NCBI GenBank assembly: GCA_003220475.1
Contig: QHSO01000001.1
Span: 4,346-68,345, forward strand
Direction of reading: 5' to 3'
DNA length: 64,000 nucleotides
Origin: Candidatus Rokuibacteriota bacterium
GTDB taxonomy: Bacteria; Methylomirabilota; Methylomirabilia; Rokubacteriales; CSP1-6
The position numbers and the translations under genes are program-made. The notes beneath the pieces were generated by a model. It searched no databases. It had not been told where the DNA came from and saw only the letters and a list, made by a program, of their open reading frames with translations. This document shows, in pieces, positions 9,408 through 19,145 of this stretch (position 1 is its first letter; each line of letters begins with the position of its first letter).

Positions 9408-9803
9408 ATGGAGCTGAAGCCCGGAGCCACCAACGAGATCACGTGGACGGTCACGCCAGACAAGACGGCCGACGCCATGGGCAATCGCGGCGTGAAGGTG
9501 TTCGCGACGCCGTGGCTGATCGGGATGCTCGAGGACGTGTGCGGCACGATGATCAAGCCCACGCTCCCGCCCGGCGCCACCACCGTCGGCACGATGGTGG
9601 AGATGCGTCACCTCGCGGCCACGCCGGTGGGCATGAGTGCGCGCGCGAAGGCCACGCTGCTCGAGACCGACGGTCGCCGCTTCCTGTTTTCCGTCGAGGC
9701 CTGGGACGCGAAGGACAAGATCGCCGAGGGACGGCACGAGCGCTTCGTCGTCCCGAATCTCGAGAAATTCCTCGAGCGCGTTATGAAGAAGGGCCAGGGC
9801 TGA
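9408..9803 (+). CDS. Thioesterase, fluoroacetyl-CoA thioesterase (FlK)-like hot-dog fold
   Basis: VFATPWLIGMLE, TVGT.VEMRHLAATPVG, GRHERF. Confidence 0.88.
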   Translation: MELKPGATNEITWTVTPDKTADAMGNRGVKVFATPWLIGMLEDVCGTMIKPTLPPGATTVGTMVEMRHLAATPVGMSARAKATLLETDGRRFLFSVEAWDAKDKIAEGRHERFVVPNLEKFLERVMKKGQG

Positions 9804-10258
9804 TGCCGATCACCCTCGACCGCGCCGTGGTCGGCAAGGCGTTTCCCCCCTACGCCGTGACCGTCGAGCGCGGCAAGATCAAGGAATTCGCGCGCGCGGT
9901 CGGTGATCTCAATCCGTTCTATCTCGACGATCGCGTCGGCGCGGCATCGGAGTGGGGCGACATCATCGCGCCGCCGACGTTCGCCACGACGTTCCGTGAC
10001 GACAGCCTCGATTACACCGCGTTCCTGCGCGAGCTCGGCACCGACATCTCGCGCGTGCTGCACGGCGAGCAGGAGTTCGAGCTGCACCAGCCACTGCAGC
10101 CCGGGCGCACCTACCTGTGTCGCGCGAAGGTCGTCGATATTTACGAGAAGACCGGCAAGAGCGGGCCGATGGGCTTCGTCGTGCGCGAGACGACCGTCAC
10201 CGACGCCGACAACGAGATCGTCGGGACCATGCGCGCGGTGACGGTGGTGCGACTGTGA
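9803..10258 (+). CDS. MaoC-like dehydratase N-terminal (HadA/FAS1-like) subunit
   Basis: VERGKIKEFARAVGD.NP, APPTF, LHGEQEF. ATG overlaps the upstream TGA. Confidence 0.85.
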   Translation: MPITLDRAVVGKAFPPYAVTVERGKIKEFARAVGDLNPFYLDDRVGAASEWGDIIAPPTFATTFRDDSLDYTAFLRELGTDISRVLHGEQEFELHQPLQPGRTYLCRAKVVDIYEKTGKSGPMGFVVRETTVTDADNEIVGTMRAVTVVRL

Positions 10259-10689
10259 AATACGCCACGCTCTACGCCGAGGATGTCGACATCGGCGACG
10301 AGCTGCCGTCGCTCGTCAAGGGTCCGATCCAGCAGATCCAGCTCACGCGCTACGCGGGCGCCTCGGGCGACTTCAACCCCATCCATCAGGACGACGAATT
10401 CGCCAAGGCCGCCGGCATGGGCGGCGTCTTCGCCCACGGCATGCTGTCGATGGGTTTCGTCGCGCAGGCACTCAGCGACTGGGCGGGCGCCGGCCGCGTG
10501 CGAAAGCTCGGCGTCCGCTTCGCCGCGCTCGTGCGGCTCAAGGATGTCGTGACATGCCGCGGCCGCATAGTCGGCACATCGTCGAAGGACGACACGCATC
10601 TGGTCGAGGTCGAGGTGTGGGCCGAGAACCAGCACGGCGAGAAGGTCGTCACCGGGCACGCGACGGTGGCGCTGCCGTCACGGGGCTGA
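10255..10689 (+). CDS. MaoC-family dehydratase (HadB-like)
   Basis: YAGASGDFNPIHQD...AHGML hydratase motif. GTGA overlap with the upstream gene. Confidence 0.9.
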   Translation: MKYATLYAEDVDIGDELPSLVKGPIQQIQLTRYAGASGDFNPIHQDDEFAKAAGMGGVFAHGMLSMGFVAQALSDWAGAGRVRKLGVRFAALVRLKDVVTCRGRIVGTSSKDDTHLVEVEVWAENQHGEKVVTGHATVALPSRG

Positions 10690-10713
10690 GCGGGGCGCAG
10701 TGGCGCTCGCGCG

Positions 10714-11256
10714 CTAACCGCCCGGCATCTGGCCGCGCGCGGCGACCCATTCGCGCAGGGCCTCTCGCGTCGACGGAAACGCGAGCGTGTCCCACGGAAT
10801 CTCCGCCGGCGTCACCCATTCCAGCAGGTCGTTCTCCGGGCACGCCGTCAGTGTGCCGCCGACGACGTTCGCGCGATACACGATGATCACCGGCGACCCC
10901 GGATACGAATACACGTTGTGCAGACCCGTCAGCTCGACCTTCAGCCCGGTCTCTTCGAAGGTCTCGCGCATGGCCGCGTCGGTCACGCTCTCGCCGAAAT
11001 CCACGAAGCCGCCGGGAAAGGTCCAGAGCCCCCGACCCGGGTTGATGGAGCGTCGAGTGAGGAGGATGCGGCCGTCCTGCTCCGGAATGGTCCCCGCGAC
11101 GACTTTCGGATTGAGATAGAAGACGAAGCCGCACGCCGCGCACACCGCCTGCTCGCGCAGATCCGGCGGCACCGGCGCGCGACCCAGCGTGCCCGCGCAT
11201 AGCGGGCAGAAGCGGATCGTTCCGGGCGCGAGCACACGCAGAGGGTCGTCGGTCAC
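10714..11256 (-). CDS. NUDIX hydrolase with N-terminal zinc ribbon
   Basis: FCPLCA...CAACGFVFYLNPK; Nudix box GGFVDFGESVTDAAMRETFEETGL. GTG 11256 lies 7 nt after TAGACT. Confidence 0.9.
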   Translation of the reverse strand: MTDDPLRVLAPGTIRFCPLCAGTLGRAPVPPDLREQAVCAACGFVFYLNPKVVAGTIPEQDGRILLTRRSINPGRGLWTFPGGFVDFGESVTDAAMRETFEETGLKVELTGLHNVYSYPGSPVIIVYRANVVGGTLTACPENDLLEWVTPAEIPWDTLAFPSTREALREWVAARGQMPGG

Positions 11257-11286
11257 GGGGTCCAGTCTAAACCACGCCTCCTCGCC

Positions 11287-11315
11287 TTGACCTCCGCGCG
11301 ACGCGATGCTACAAC
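11287..11315 (+). promoter_or_regulatory. Putative sigma70 promoter of the ABC operon
   Basis: TTGACC-N17-TACAAC with TG extension; AGGAGG Shine-Dalgarno before ATG 11355. Confidence 0.55.
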
Positions 11316-11354
11316 CTCGCGCGTCGCGACCGTCCAACGCTCAGGAGGTTCCGC

Positions 11355-12623
11355 ATGACGCGCCGTCACCTCGCATTCGCGCTTGCCGCCATTCTCATCA
11401 CGCTCACCGTGCTCGCTGCCGTCACATATGGGCAGTCGGGCGAGTACAAGATCGGCGTGCTGGAGCCGCTGACCGGGCCGCTCGCCGGCGAGGGCAAGCG
11501 GCACCTCGAGGGCTTCGAGATCGTACGAGACATGATCAACGACCGCGGCGGCGTGATGGGCAAGAAGCTGACGTTCGTGGTGGCCGACGCGCCGGATCCG
11601 ACGGCGGCGGCGACCGAGGCGACCCGGCTAGCCACGCGCGAGGGCGTGAAGATCATCACCGGGACGTTCTCGTCGCGGCTCTGCGGGGCGGCCAGCGAGG
11701 CGGCCGCCCGCCAGAACGTCATCTACTGGGAGACCTCGTGCGTGGATCCGCGCTTCAACAAGCGCGGGCTGAAGAACGTCTACCGGACGGAGATCGATGC
11801 GACGGGCTTCGGCTGGTACAACGTCGAGTTCATCGCCAAGCACCTGGCGCCACGGTTCAACAAGAAGCCAAGCGAGCTGAAGATCGCGTTCCTGTCCGAG
11901 GACTCGTCGTACGGCCAGGGCGTGACGGAGTCGGCGCGTGCGCGGGCCAAGAACGAGTTCGGCATGCAGGAAGTGGCGGCGGAGTACTACAACTTCCAGA
12001 CGATCAACGACTTCACGCCGATCATCGTGAAGTTCAAGCAGCTGGCGCCGGACATCGTTCACCACATCGGCTACACCAACGACGCGCCCCTGTTCTGGCG
12101 GCAGGCGCGGGAGCAGAACTTCCTCTTCAAGGCGCACGTGCACGCGGGCGCCACCGGCTACGGCTCGGCGGACTTCGGCAAGGCGCTCGGCAACGACGCC
12201 AACGGCGCGTTCGCGCTGCTCGAGCCGGGGCCCGGGTTCAAGATCGAGTCGCTGAAGCCGGAAGGCCAGAAGATCGAGAAAGACTTCCGGGACGCCGTGC
12301 AGAAGCGGACGGGCTCCTATCCGCTCGGCGGTCACCAGCTCGCCGGCGGCGGGCTGTGGCTCCTCAAGCTCGTCCTCGATCGCGCGAAGAGCGATGACGC
12401 GGACAAGTTCAGGGACGCGGTGATGTCGCTCGATCTGCCGGCGGGCTCGATGATCAACGGCTGGGGCGTGAAGTTCAACCAGGAAGGCCAGAACGCCAAC
12501 GAGCGCGTGCAGCACTACATGCTGCAGTGGCAGAACGGCCAGCTCGTCACGGTGTGGCCCGAGGAATTCACGACCATGCGGGCGAAGTGGATCCCGCTGC
12601 CCGCCTGGGACCAGCGCAAATAG
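11355..12623 (+). CDS. Liv-type ABC transporter substrate-binding protein
   Basis: Signal peptide, KIGVLEPLTGPLA, INDRGGVMGKKL, QWQNG.LVTVWP. Confidence 0.92.
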   Translation: MTRRHLAFALAAILITLTVLAAVTYGQSGEYKIGVLEPLTGPLAGEGKRHLEGFEIVRDMINDRGGVMGKKLTFVVADAPDPTAAATEATRLATREGVKIITGTFSSRLCGAASEAAARQNVIYWETSCVDPRFNKRGLKNVYRTEIDATGFGWYNVEFIAKHLAPRFNKKPSELKIAFLSEDSSYGQGVTESARARAKNEFGMQEVAAEYYNFQTINDFTPIIVKFKQLAPDIVHHIGYTNDAPLFWRQAREQNFLFKAHVHAGATGYGSADFGKALGNDANGAFALLEPGPGFKIESLKPEGQKIEKDFRDAVQKRTGSYPLGGHQLAGGGLWLLKLVLDRAKSDDADKFRDAVMSLDLPAGSMINGWGVKFNQEGQNANERVQHYMLQWQNGQLVTVWPEEFTTMRAKWIPLPAWDQRK

Positions 12624-13501
12624 ACGTCGTCGCGCAGCTCGCGGTCTCGACGCTCCTGCTCGGGGGCATCTATGCCCTCATCGCGGTCGGGCTCACGCTG
12701 ATCTTCGGCATCATGCGCGTGGTGAACTTCGCGCACGGCGAGTTCCTGATGCTCGGCATGTACCTCGCGTTCTTCGCGTTCACGCTGCGCGGCGTCGATC
12801 CCTACCTCGTGCTCATCATCGCGATCCCGATCTTCTACCTCGTCGGCCTGTTCGTCTACGTGCTGGTCATGAGGGGCGTGATCCACGCCTCGCACAACGT
12901 GCAGATCTTCACGACGGTCGGCCTGTCCACGGCGCTGCAGAACATCGCGCTGGTGATGTGGACAGGCGACTTCCGCATCATCCGGCCGTGGGAATCCTCG
13001 GTGGTGCTGCGCGCGGCCGGCACAGCGTTCAATCTGGCGCAGGTCGTCGCCTTCGCGGTCGCCGTCGCGCTCACCGTGGCCCTGATGGCGTTCATGAAGT
13101 GGACGCACACGGGCCGGGTGATGCGCGCGACCGCGCAGGACCGCGACGCCGCCACGCTCATGGGCATCGACACCGATCGCGTCTATCGCCTGACGTTCGC
13201 GATCGGCATCGCCTGCGTCGGCGCGGCCGGCGTGCTCGTGTCGCCGCTCTACGCCGCCTATCCGCAGGCCGGCCTGCAGTTCGTGACGCTCGCGTACGTC
13301 GTCGTCGTGCTCGGCGGCCTCGGCGACATGGCGGGCGCCATGCTCGGCAGCCTCATCGTGGCCGCCGTCGAGGTGGGGGGCTCGTACATCTTCGGCGCCG
13401 CCTGGAAGGAAGTCTTCTACTTCCTGCTCTTCATCGGCGTCCTGGTCTTTCGTCCGGCCGGGTTGCTCGGCCAGCGCGGCGCCGAGACGCTCGGCGCATG
13501 A
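12620..13501 (+). CDS. livH: Liv-type ABC permease (LivH-like)
   Basis: GGIYALIAVGLTLIFGIMRVVNFAHGE, GRVMRATAQD, VVVLGGLG. Probable ATA start overlapping the upstream TAG. Confidence 0.88.
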   Translation: MDVVAQLAVSTLLLGGIYALIAVGLTLIFGIMRVVNFAHGEFLMLGMYLAFFAFTLRGVDPYLVLIIAIPIFYLVGLFVYVLVMRGVIHASHNVQIFTTVGLSTALQNIALVMWTGDFRIIRPWESSVVLRAAGTAFNLAQVVAFAVAVALTVALMAFMKWTHTGRVMRATAQDRDAATLMGIDTDRVYRLTFAIGIACVGAAGVLVSPLYAAYPQAGLQFVTLAYVVVVLGGLGDMAGAMLGSLIVAAVEVGGSYIFGAAWKEVFYFLLFIGVLVFRPAGLLGQRGAETLGA

Positions 13502-14475
13502 GCCGGCTCGCGCCCGACCGCTGGGCGGCCGTCGCGATGTTCGCGGTCGCGGCGTTGACGCCGCTCGTCGTGCGCGACGCGTTTCTGCTCGACAGCGTCA
13601 TCCTGATTCTGTTGTGGGGCGCGCTGTCCGCGGCCTGGAACGTGGCCGGCGGCTACGCGGGGCAGGTCTCCCTCGGCCACGCCGCGTTCTTCGGGATCGG
13701 CGCCTACGCGGCGGCGCTCATGAGCGCGCGCTATGCGCAGAGCCCGTGGCTCGGCCTGGCCGTCGGCGTCGCGCTCTCGGTCGTCGCCGGCGCGCTCATC
13801 GGTTATCTGTCGAATCGCCTCAAGGGCCCGTACTTCGCGTTGTCGACGATCGCCTTCGCCGAAGTCTTAAAAATCGTGGCGAGCCGCTGGCGCGGCTTCA
13901 CCTCGGGCTCGGAGGGCGTGCCGGTACCGTACCGGCCGGGGTTCTGGACGCTGGGCCTCGGCCACGTCGCGTGGCTCTACCTGATCCTCGTGGTCGCGGT
14001 GGGCTGCTATGCGCTGCAGGTCTATCTCGAGCGCTCGCGCGTCGGCTACCAGCTGGCCGGCGTGCGCGAGGACGAGGATGCCGCCGAGGCGCTCGGTATC
14101 GCCACGCGGCGTCGCAAGGTGCAGGCGATCGTCCTGAGCGCCGCGATGACGTCCGCGTGCGGCAGCCTGTGGGCGCAGTACGTCGGCTTCGTGGATCCCT
14201 CGCACGTGTTCTCGATCGATCTGTCCGTCCGCTTCGCGCTCAACAGCATCATCGGCGGCATCGGAACCGCGCTCGGTCCGTTCCTGGGCTCCCTCCTCAT
14301 CACGTCGCTCGAGACGTACCTGCGCGCCACGTTCTCCGGCGTGGAGGCGAGCTTCACCGGGATCTACCTGATCATCTACGGCGTCGTGTTGATCCTCATC
14401 GTGCGATTCGCGCCCGACGGGCTCACGGGCATCGCCGGCCGGTTTTGGGCGTGGAGGGCGCGTGCTCACGCTTGA
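13498..14475 (+). CDS. livM: Liv-type ABC permease (LivM-like)
   Basis: WNVAGGYAGQVSLGHAAFFGIGAY, RLKGPYFALST, REDEDAAEALGI. Confidence 0.9.
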   Translation: MSRLAPDRWAAVAMFAVAALTPLVVRDAFLLDSVILILLWGALSAAWNVAGGYAGQVSLGHAAFFGIGAYAAALMSARYAQSPWLGLAVGVALSVVAGALIGYLSNRLKGPYFALSTIAFAEVLKIVASRWRGFTSGSEGVPVPYRPGFWTLGLGHVAWLYLILVVAVGCYALQVYLERSRVGYQLAGVREDEDAAEALGIATRRRKVQAIVLSAAMTSACGSLWAQYVGFVDPSHVFSIDLSVRFALNSIIGGIGTALGPFLGSLLITSLETYLRATFSGVEASFTGIYLIIYGVVLILIVRFAPDGLTGIAGRFWAWRARAHA

Positions 14476-15187
14476 GGCGGTGACCAAACGCTTCGGCGGC
14501 CTCACCGCCGTGCGCGCGGTGAGCCTGGAGGTTCGCGCCGGCGACCTGCTCGGCATCATCGGACCCAACGGCGCCGGCAAGACCACGCTGTTCAACGTCA
14601 TCGCCGGCTATTACCGGCCGGAGGAAGGCCGCGTGCGCTTCGAGGGCCGCGACGTGACCGGTCTGCCGCCACACGCGATCGCGCGCCTGGGGCTGACGCG
14701 CACCTTTCAGATCGTCAAGCCGTTCGGCAACCTCTCCGTCGCCGACAACGTGATGATCGGCGCACTCACGCGCCTGCCCCGCGTGGCGCACGCGCGCGCC
14801 GAAGCCGAGCGCGTCATCGATCTGTGCGGACTCGGCCCTCACCGATACGCGCGCGCCCGCGCGCTGCCCATCGCGCTGCGCAAGCGGCTGGAGGTCGCGC
14901 GCGCGCTCGCCACCCGTCCACGGTTGCTTCTCCTCGACGAAGTGATGGCCGGCCTCAACCCCACCGAGCTCGTCGGCATCGTCGACCTCGTGCGTCGCGT
15001 GCACGCCGAAGGCGTCACGCTGATCGTCATCGAGCACGTCATGGCCGCGATGATGCGGCTGGCGCAGCGCATCGTCATGCTCCACCACGGCGAGAAGATC
15101 GCCGAGGGCACGCCGCAGGAGATCGCCCACGACCGGCGCGTCATCGACGCCTACCTCGGCGACGAGTTCAACCTTGCTGAGGCTTGA
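14462..15187 (+). CDS. livG: ABC ATP-binding protein (LivG-like)
   Basis: KRFGGLTAV, GPNGAGKTT, LLLLDE, IEH, AYLG. Confidence 0.92.
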   Translation: MLTLEAVTKRFGGLTAVRAVSLEVRAGDLLGIIGPNGAGKTTLFNVIAGYYRPEEGRVRFEGRDVTGLPPHAIARLGLTRTFQIVKPFGNLSVADNVMIGALTRLPRVAHARAEAERVIDLCGLGPHRYARARALPIALRKRLEVARALATRPRLLLLDEVMAGLNPTELVGIVDLVRRVHAEGVTLIVIEHVMAAMMRLAQRIVMLHHGEKIAEGTPQEIAHDRRVIDAYLGDEFNLAEA

Positions 15188-15878
15188 GGCCGTCGACGCG
15201 TTCTACGGCGATGTGCAGGCGCTCTTCGGCATCTCCCTCGAAGTGCCCGCGGGCGGCATCTTCGCGCTCGTCGGCGCCAACGCCGCCGGCAAGACCACCA
15301 CGCTGCGCGTGGTCTCCGGCCTGGTGGCCCCGCGCCACGGCCGCGTCGTCTTCGACGGCCGCGACCTCGCGCGCGTGCCGGCCGCGCAGCGCGTCGAGCT
15401 CGGGATCGTCCAGGTGCCCGAGGGGCGCCGGCTGTTTCCGTTCATGACGGTGACGGAGAACCTGCTGCTCGGCGCGCATGCCGTGCGGGCGCGCGCCGAG
15501 CGCGACGCGACGCTGCGGTACGTCTATCGGTTGTTTCCCGTGCTCGAGGAGCGCGCGGCGCAGCTCGCGGGCTCGCTGTCCGGCGGCGAGCAACAGATGT
15601 GCGCGATCGGCCGCGCGCTGATGGCGCGGCCGCGGCTGCTCATGCTCGACGAGCCGACGCTCGGCCTGGCGCCCGTGCTCGTGGGGCGCATCTTCGAGAC
15701 GGTCCGCACGATCAACGCCGACGGCGTCACCGTGTTGCTGGTCGAGCAGAACGTCCGCCAGGCGCTCACGCTGGCCACGCACGCGTGCGTGCTCGAATCC
15801 GGCAAGCTGGTGCTCGAGGGCGCCGGCCGCGCGCTGCTCGTCGACGAGCGTCTCAAGCGCGCGTATCTCGGTTTGTGA
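15174..15878 (+). CDS. livF: ABC ATP-binding protein (LivF-like)
   Basis: GANAAGKTT, VPEGRRLF, LSGGEQQM, DEPTLGLAP, VEQN. Confidence 0.92.
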   Translation: MLRLEAVDAFYGDVQALFGISLEVPAGGIFALVGANAAGKTTTLRVVSGLVAPRHGRVVFDGRDLARVPAAQRVELGIVQVPEGRRLFPFMTVTENLLLGAHAVRARAERDATLRYVYRLFPVLEERAAQLAGSLSGGEQQMCAIGRALMARPRLLMLDEPTLGLAPVLVGRIFETVRTINADGVTVLLVEQNVRQALTLATHACVLESGKLVLEGAGRALLVDERLKRAYLGL

Positions 15879-15880
15879 CT

Positions 15881-16411
15881 ATGCCCGTCTATCACGTGCA
15901 TTTCACCTGCGCCGCCGACTACAACGCGCGACGACTGCCGTACCGCCCTGCCCACCTCACCCAGCTCACCACGCTGCGCGACGAAGGCCGCGTCGTCGCA
16001 GGAGGCCCGGAGCCGGATGGCAGTGCCGCGCACATCTTCTATCGCGTCGCGGACCGCGCCGATCTGGATCGGCTCGTCGCGGACAACGAGTTCCAGCGTG
16101 CCGGGCTCTTCGTCGCCCACGCGGCCCGCGCCTTCGACGATTTCGTCGAGCCGATCGAGCGGCTGCCGCCCGACGCAGGCTGGAAGGTCACGCTCGTCGA
16201 GGGAATGCCGACCGATCGTGCCGGCGCCAGCGCAGCGCTGACGAGACTGCGCACCGAGAAGCTCGTGAACCTGGGCGGCTTCTTTGCGGATAGCCGCGGC
16301 CTGGCCGTCGTGCGCCTCTCGGACGCCGCGGCCGCGCTCGCCACGCTGGAGACCGCCGGCGGCTGGGACGCCGCGCGCCTCACGGCGCGTTCCTGGAGCC
16401 AGACGCTCTAG
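15881..16411 (+). CDS. YciI-like protein, possibly two tandem domains
   Basis: RRLPYRPAHL...EGRVVAGGP in the first half; a degenerate second repeat (VNLGGFF.D..GLAVVR). Confidence 0.65.
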   Translation: MPVYHVHFTCAADYNARRLPYRPAHLTQLTTLRDEGRVVAGGPEPDGSAAHIFYRVADRADLDRLVADNEFQRAGLFVAHAARAFDDFVEPIERLPPDAGWKVTLVEGMPTDRAGASAALTRLRTEKLVNLGGFFADSRGLAVVRLSDAAAALATLETAGGWDAARLTARSWSQTL

Positions 16412-16453
16412 TTCTCGGTCGAGCAAGCGTCCACGTTATAGAGTGGAGGGCCC

Positions 16454-17692
16454 ATGAACGCGCCTCGCGAGATCGGCATCGACCGCGCGCGGCTCGAGCA
16501 ATCGATCGACGAGCTCGGGCGCATCGGGGCCACGCCGCGCGGCGGGCTCACGCGGCTGGCGCTGACGGACGACGACAAGCGCGGCCGCGATCTGATGGTG
16601 CGCTGGATGCGCGAGGCCGGGCTGCGCGTCACCGTCGATCAGATGGGCAACATCTTCGGCGAACGCGCAGGCCGCGAGCCGCTGCCGCCCGTCATGATGG
16701 GCTCGCACGTGGACTCCGTTCCTACCGGCGGCAAGTACGACGGCCAGCTCGGCGTGCTGTGCGGGCTCGAGACGATCCGCGCCCTCAATGCCCACGGCAT
16801 CCGGACGCGACACCCGGTGACGCTGGCGATCTTCACCAACGAGGAGGGCGCGCGCTTCCAGCCCGCGATGATCGCCAGCGGCGTGATGGCCGGCAAGATC
16901 GCGCTCGAGGACGCCTACAACGCGTGCGACAAGGACGGCATGCGCCTGGTGGACGAGCTGGAGCGCATCGGCTACCTCGGTGCCGAGCCCTGCGTGCCGC
17001 GTCCGTTTCGCGCCTATCTCGAGCTGCACATCGAGCAGGGGCCGTTGCTCGAAGAGGAAGGCCTCTCGGTCGGCGTCGTCGACGGCATCGTGGCCATCTC
17101 GTGGTCGCGCCTGACGCTGCACGGCGTGCAGGACCACGCGGGCCCGACGCCGATGCGCATCCGGCACGACGCGCTGCTGGCGGCGGCGGAGGTGATCACC
17201 GGCGCGCGCACGATCGCCACCGAGCTCGGCGGCGATCTCGTGACGACGGTCGGCAACCTCGTCGTGCATCCCAACATCGTCAACGCGATCCCCGGGCGCG
17301 TCACGCTCTCCATCGACATGCGCGACCCACGCGACGAGACGCTGGACGTCGCGCGTCGGTGTCTCGACGCGGTCGTCAAGGCGGCGTGCGAGCGTGAGGG
17401 CGTCCGCGCGGAGCTCGAGCACTACTGGCGCGTGCCGTACACGCCGTTCGCGCCGGACGTGGTCGCCGCCGTCGAGCGCGCGGCCAAGGCGGCCGGCGCG
17501 CGCTACCGCCACATCCTCTCGGGCGCCGGGCACGACGCCCAGTACATGGCGGCCATCGGTCCGACGGGGATGATTTTCGTGCCCTCGCGCGGCGGCCGCA
17601 GCCACTGCGAGGAGGAGTTCACGCCGATGGACGACATCGAGCACGGCGCGACGGCGCTCTTCCTCGCCGTCGTCGACCTCGCTGGCGGGTGA
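16454..17692 (+). CDS. M20-family Zn amidohydrolase (N-carbamoyl-L-amino acid/allantoate amidohydrolase)
   Basis: GSHVDSVPTGGKYDG.LGV, NEEGARF, ELHIEQGP, HAGPTPM, SGAGHDA, SHCEEE. Confidence 0.93.
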   Translation: MNAPREIGIDRARLEQSIDELGRIGATPRGGLTRLALTDDDKRGRDLMVRWMREAGLRVTVDQMGNIFGERAGREPLPPVMMGSHVDSVPTGGKYDGQLGVLCGLETIRALNAHGIRTRHPVTLAIFTNEEGARFQPAMIASGVMAGKIALEDAYNACDKDGMRLVDELERIGYLGAEPCVPRPFRAYLELHIEQGPLLEEEGLSVGVVDGIVAISWSRLTLHGVQDHAGPTPMRIRHDALLAAAEVITGARTIATELGGDLVTTVGNLVVHPNIVNAIPGRVTLSIDMRDPRDETLDVARRCLDAVVKAACEREGVRAELEHYWRVPYTPFAPDVVAAVERAAKAAGARYRHILSGAGHDAQYMAAIGPTGMIFVPSRGGRSHCEEEFTPMDDIEHGATALFLAVVDLAGG

Positions 17693-17693
17693 A

Positions 17694-19109
17694 TCACCCT
17701 CGCAATAGCAGCAGCACTCCGAGCGCGGCGGCCACGTTGTTGAGGATGTGCGCCGCCATGTTCGGCAGCAGGCTGCCGGTGCGCTCGTACGCGATCGCCC
17801 ACAGGAGTCCGCTCAGGAACACGCTGCCGAACCCGGCCGCGCCGTAGCCGTGCGCGATCGCGAAGATCGCCGCGCTGAGGGTGGCGGCGATCGGCCACGC
17901 CAGGCGGCGCCGCAGCGTCGCGTACAGCATCCCGCGGAACACGATCTCCTCGAACACCGGCGCGAACACGACGGTGCCGAGGAGACTGGCGCCCGCGATC
18001 AGCGGCCCGCCCCACGCGAGATCCTCGTCGAACCACTCCGTCCAATGGGCCGACATGTGCGTCGCTTCGCTCAAGAAGCCCAGCGCGAGGTCGGTCGCGG
18101 TGCCCATCCCCACGAGCAGCGCGATCGTCCACGCGAGCGCGCGCCAGCCGCCGGGCGCGGGCACCCAGCCGAGTCCGCGGGCAAGCCCGACGCCGGCCGG
18201 CGCGAACAGGCGGCGTCGCGCGAGCCACAGCAGCGGCGCGTACATGAGCGGCATGCTGAGGGTGGCCAGCAGCGGATCGTTGGGGCCTCGCCAGCGGCCG
18301 ACGAAATACACGGCGACGAGCACGAGCACGCCGCCGCCCCCGCCGCGGACGAGCACCACGAGCCCCTCGCCGAGCCGCCACGGCGGCGGCACCAGGGCGC
18401 TGTCCACGCGCACGGGACGGCCGCGGAAGATGATCACGAGACCCGCAAGCCCCAGCCCGAGCACGATGAGCTCGGCGGCCGTCAGCGCGCGCACCCGTCG
18501 AAGCAGCGGCGCGGTCCGCGCGCGCGCTGATGTCACGATCGCCTCGCGCGCGGTCGAGTCGCCGGCGCGGTCGGCGAGGCGTAGGAGGAGCCGGTCGCGG
18601 AACCAGCCGGGCTCGAGCATTCGCGCGGCCGTCTCGCGCAGGCGCCCGAGCGCGCCGTCGAGCGGCGCATCGAGATAGGCCGCCGCCAGCACGTCGGCGC
18701 GCGCGCTATCGCCGCGCGCCCGCCAGCGCTCCACCGTGTCGAGGACCTCGTCGATGCGCCCGGCCTCGCCATAGAGGACCGCGAGCCGGACCTGCACGCC
18801 GGGATCGCCGGGGATGGCGTCGGAGAGCTCCTCGTACCAGGCGATCGCCTCGTCGAGCTCGTTGCGACCGTCGGTCACCGTGAGCTCGTAGAAGCGGCGC
18901 TCCCACATCGCCGCGCGCGTGAGGGCATCGTCGAGATCCATCGTGCGCTCGACGATCAGCGTCAGCGCGCGCGGCGGATCCTCGATGCTGTCGAGACGGC
19001 TGCCGGCCAGATGGACGTGCACCGCGAGCGCGACGAACGCGGCCAGCAGACAGCCGGCGACGCCGGTGACGAGCGCGCCCATCCAGCGTCGCCGTCGCGG
19101 CGTGGCCAC
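17694..19109 (-). CDS. CPBP/CAAX intramembrane metalloprotease with a TPR-like extracytoplasmic region
   Basis: APVFEEIVFRG, FAIAH, AHILNN in the C-terminal TM domain. Confidence 0.85.
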   Translation of the reverse strand: MATPRRRRWMGALVTGVAGCLLAAFVALAVHVHLAGSRLDSIEDPPRALTLIVERTMDLDDALTRAAMWERRFYELTVTDGRNELDEAIAWYEELSDAIPGDPGVQVRLAVLYGEAGRIDEVLDTVERWRARGDSARADVLAAAYLDAPLDGALGRLRETAARMLEPGWFRDRLLLRLADRAGDSTAREAIVTSARARTAPLLRRVRALTAAELIVLGLGLAGLVIIFRGRPVRVDSALVPPPWRLGEGLVVLVRGGGGGVLVLVAVYFVGRWRGPNDPLLATLSMPLMYAPLLWLARRRLFAPAGVGLARGLGWVPAPGGWRALAWTIALLVGMGTATDLALGFLSEATHMSAHWTEWFDEDLAWGGPLIAGASLLGTVVFAPVFEEIVFRGMLYATLRRRLAWPIAATLSAAIFAIAHGYGAAGFGSVFLSGLLWAIAYERTGSLLPNMAAHILNNVAAALGVLLLLRG

Positions 19110-19145
19110 GACGACGTCGGGGAGCGGCGGCGTGGCGTCCAGACG

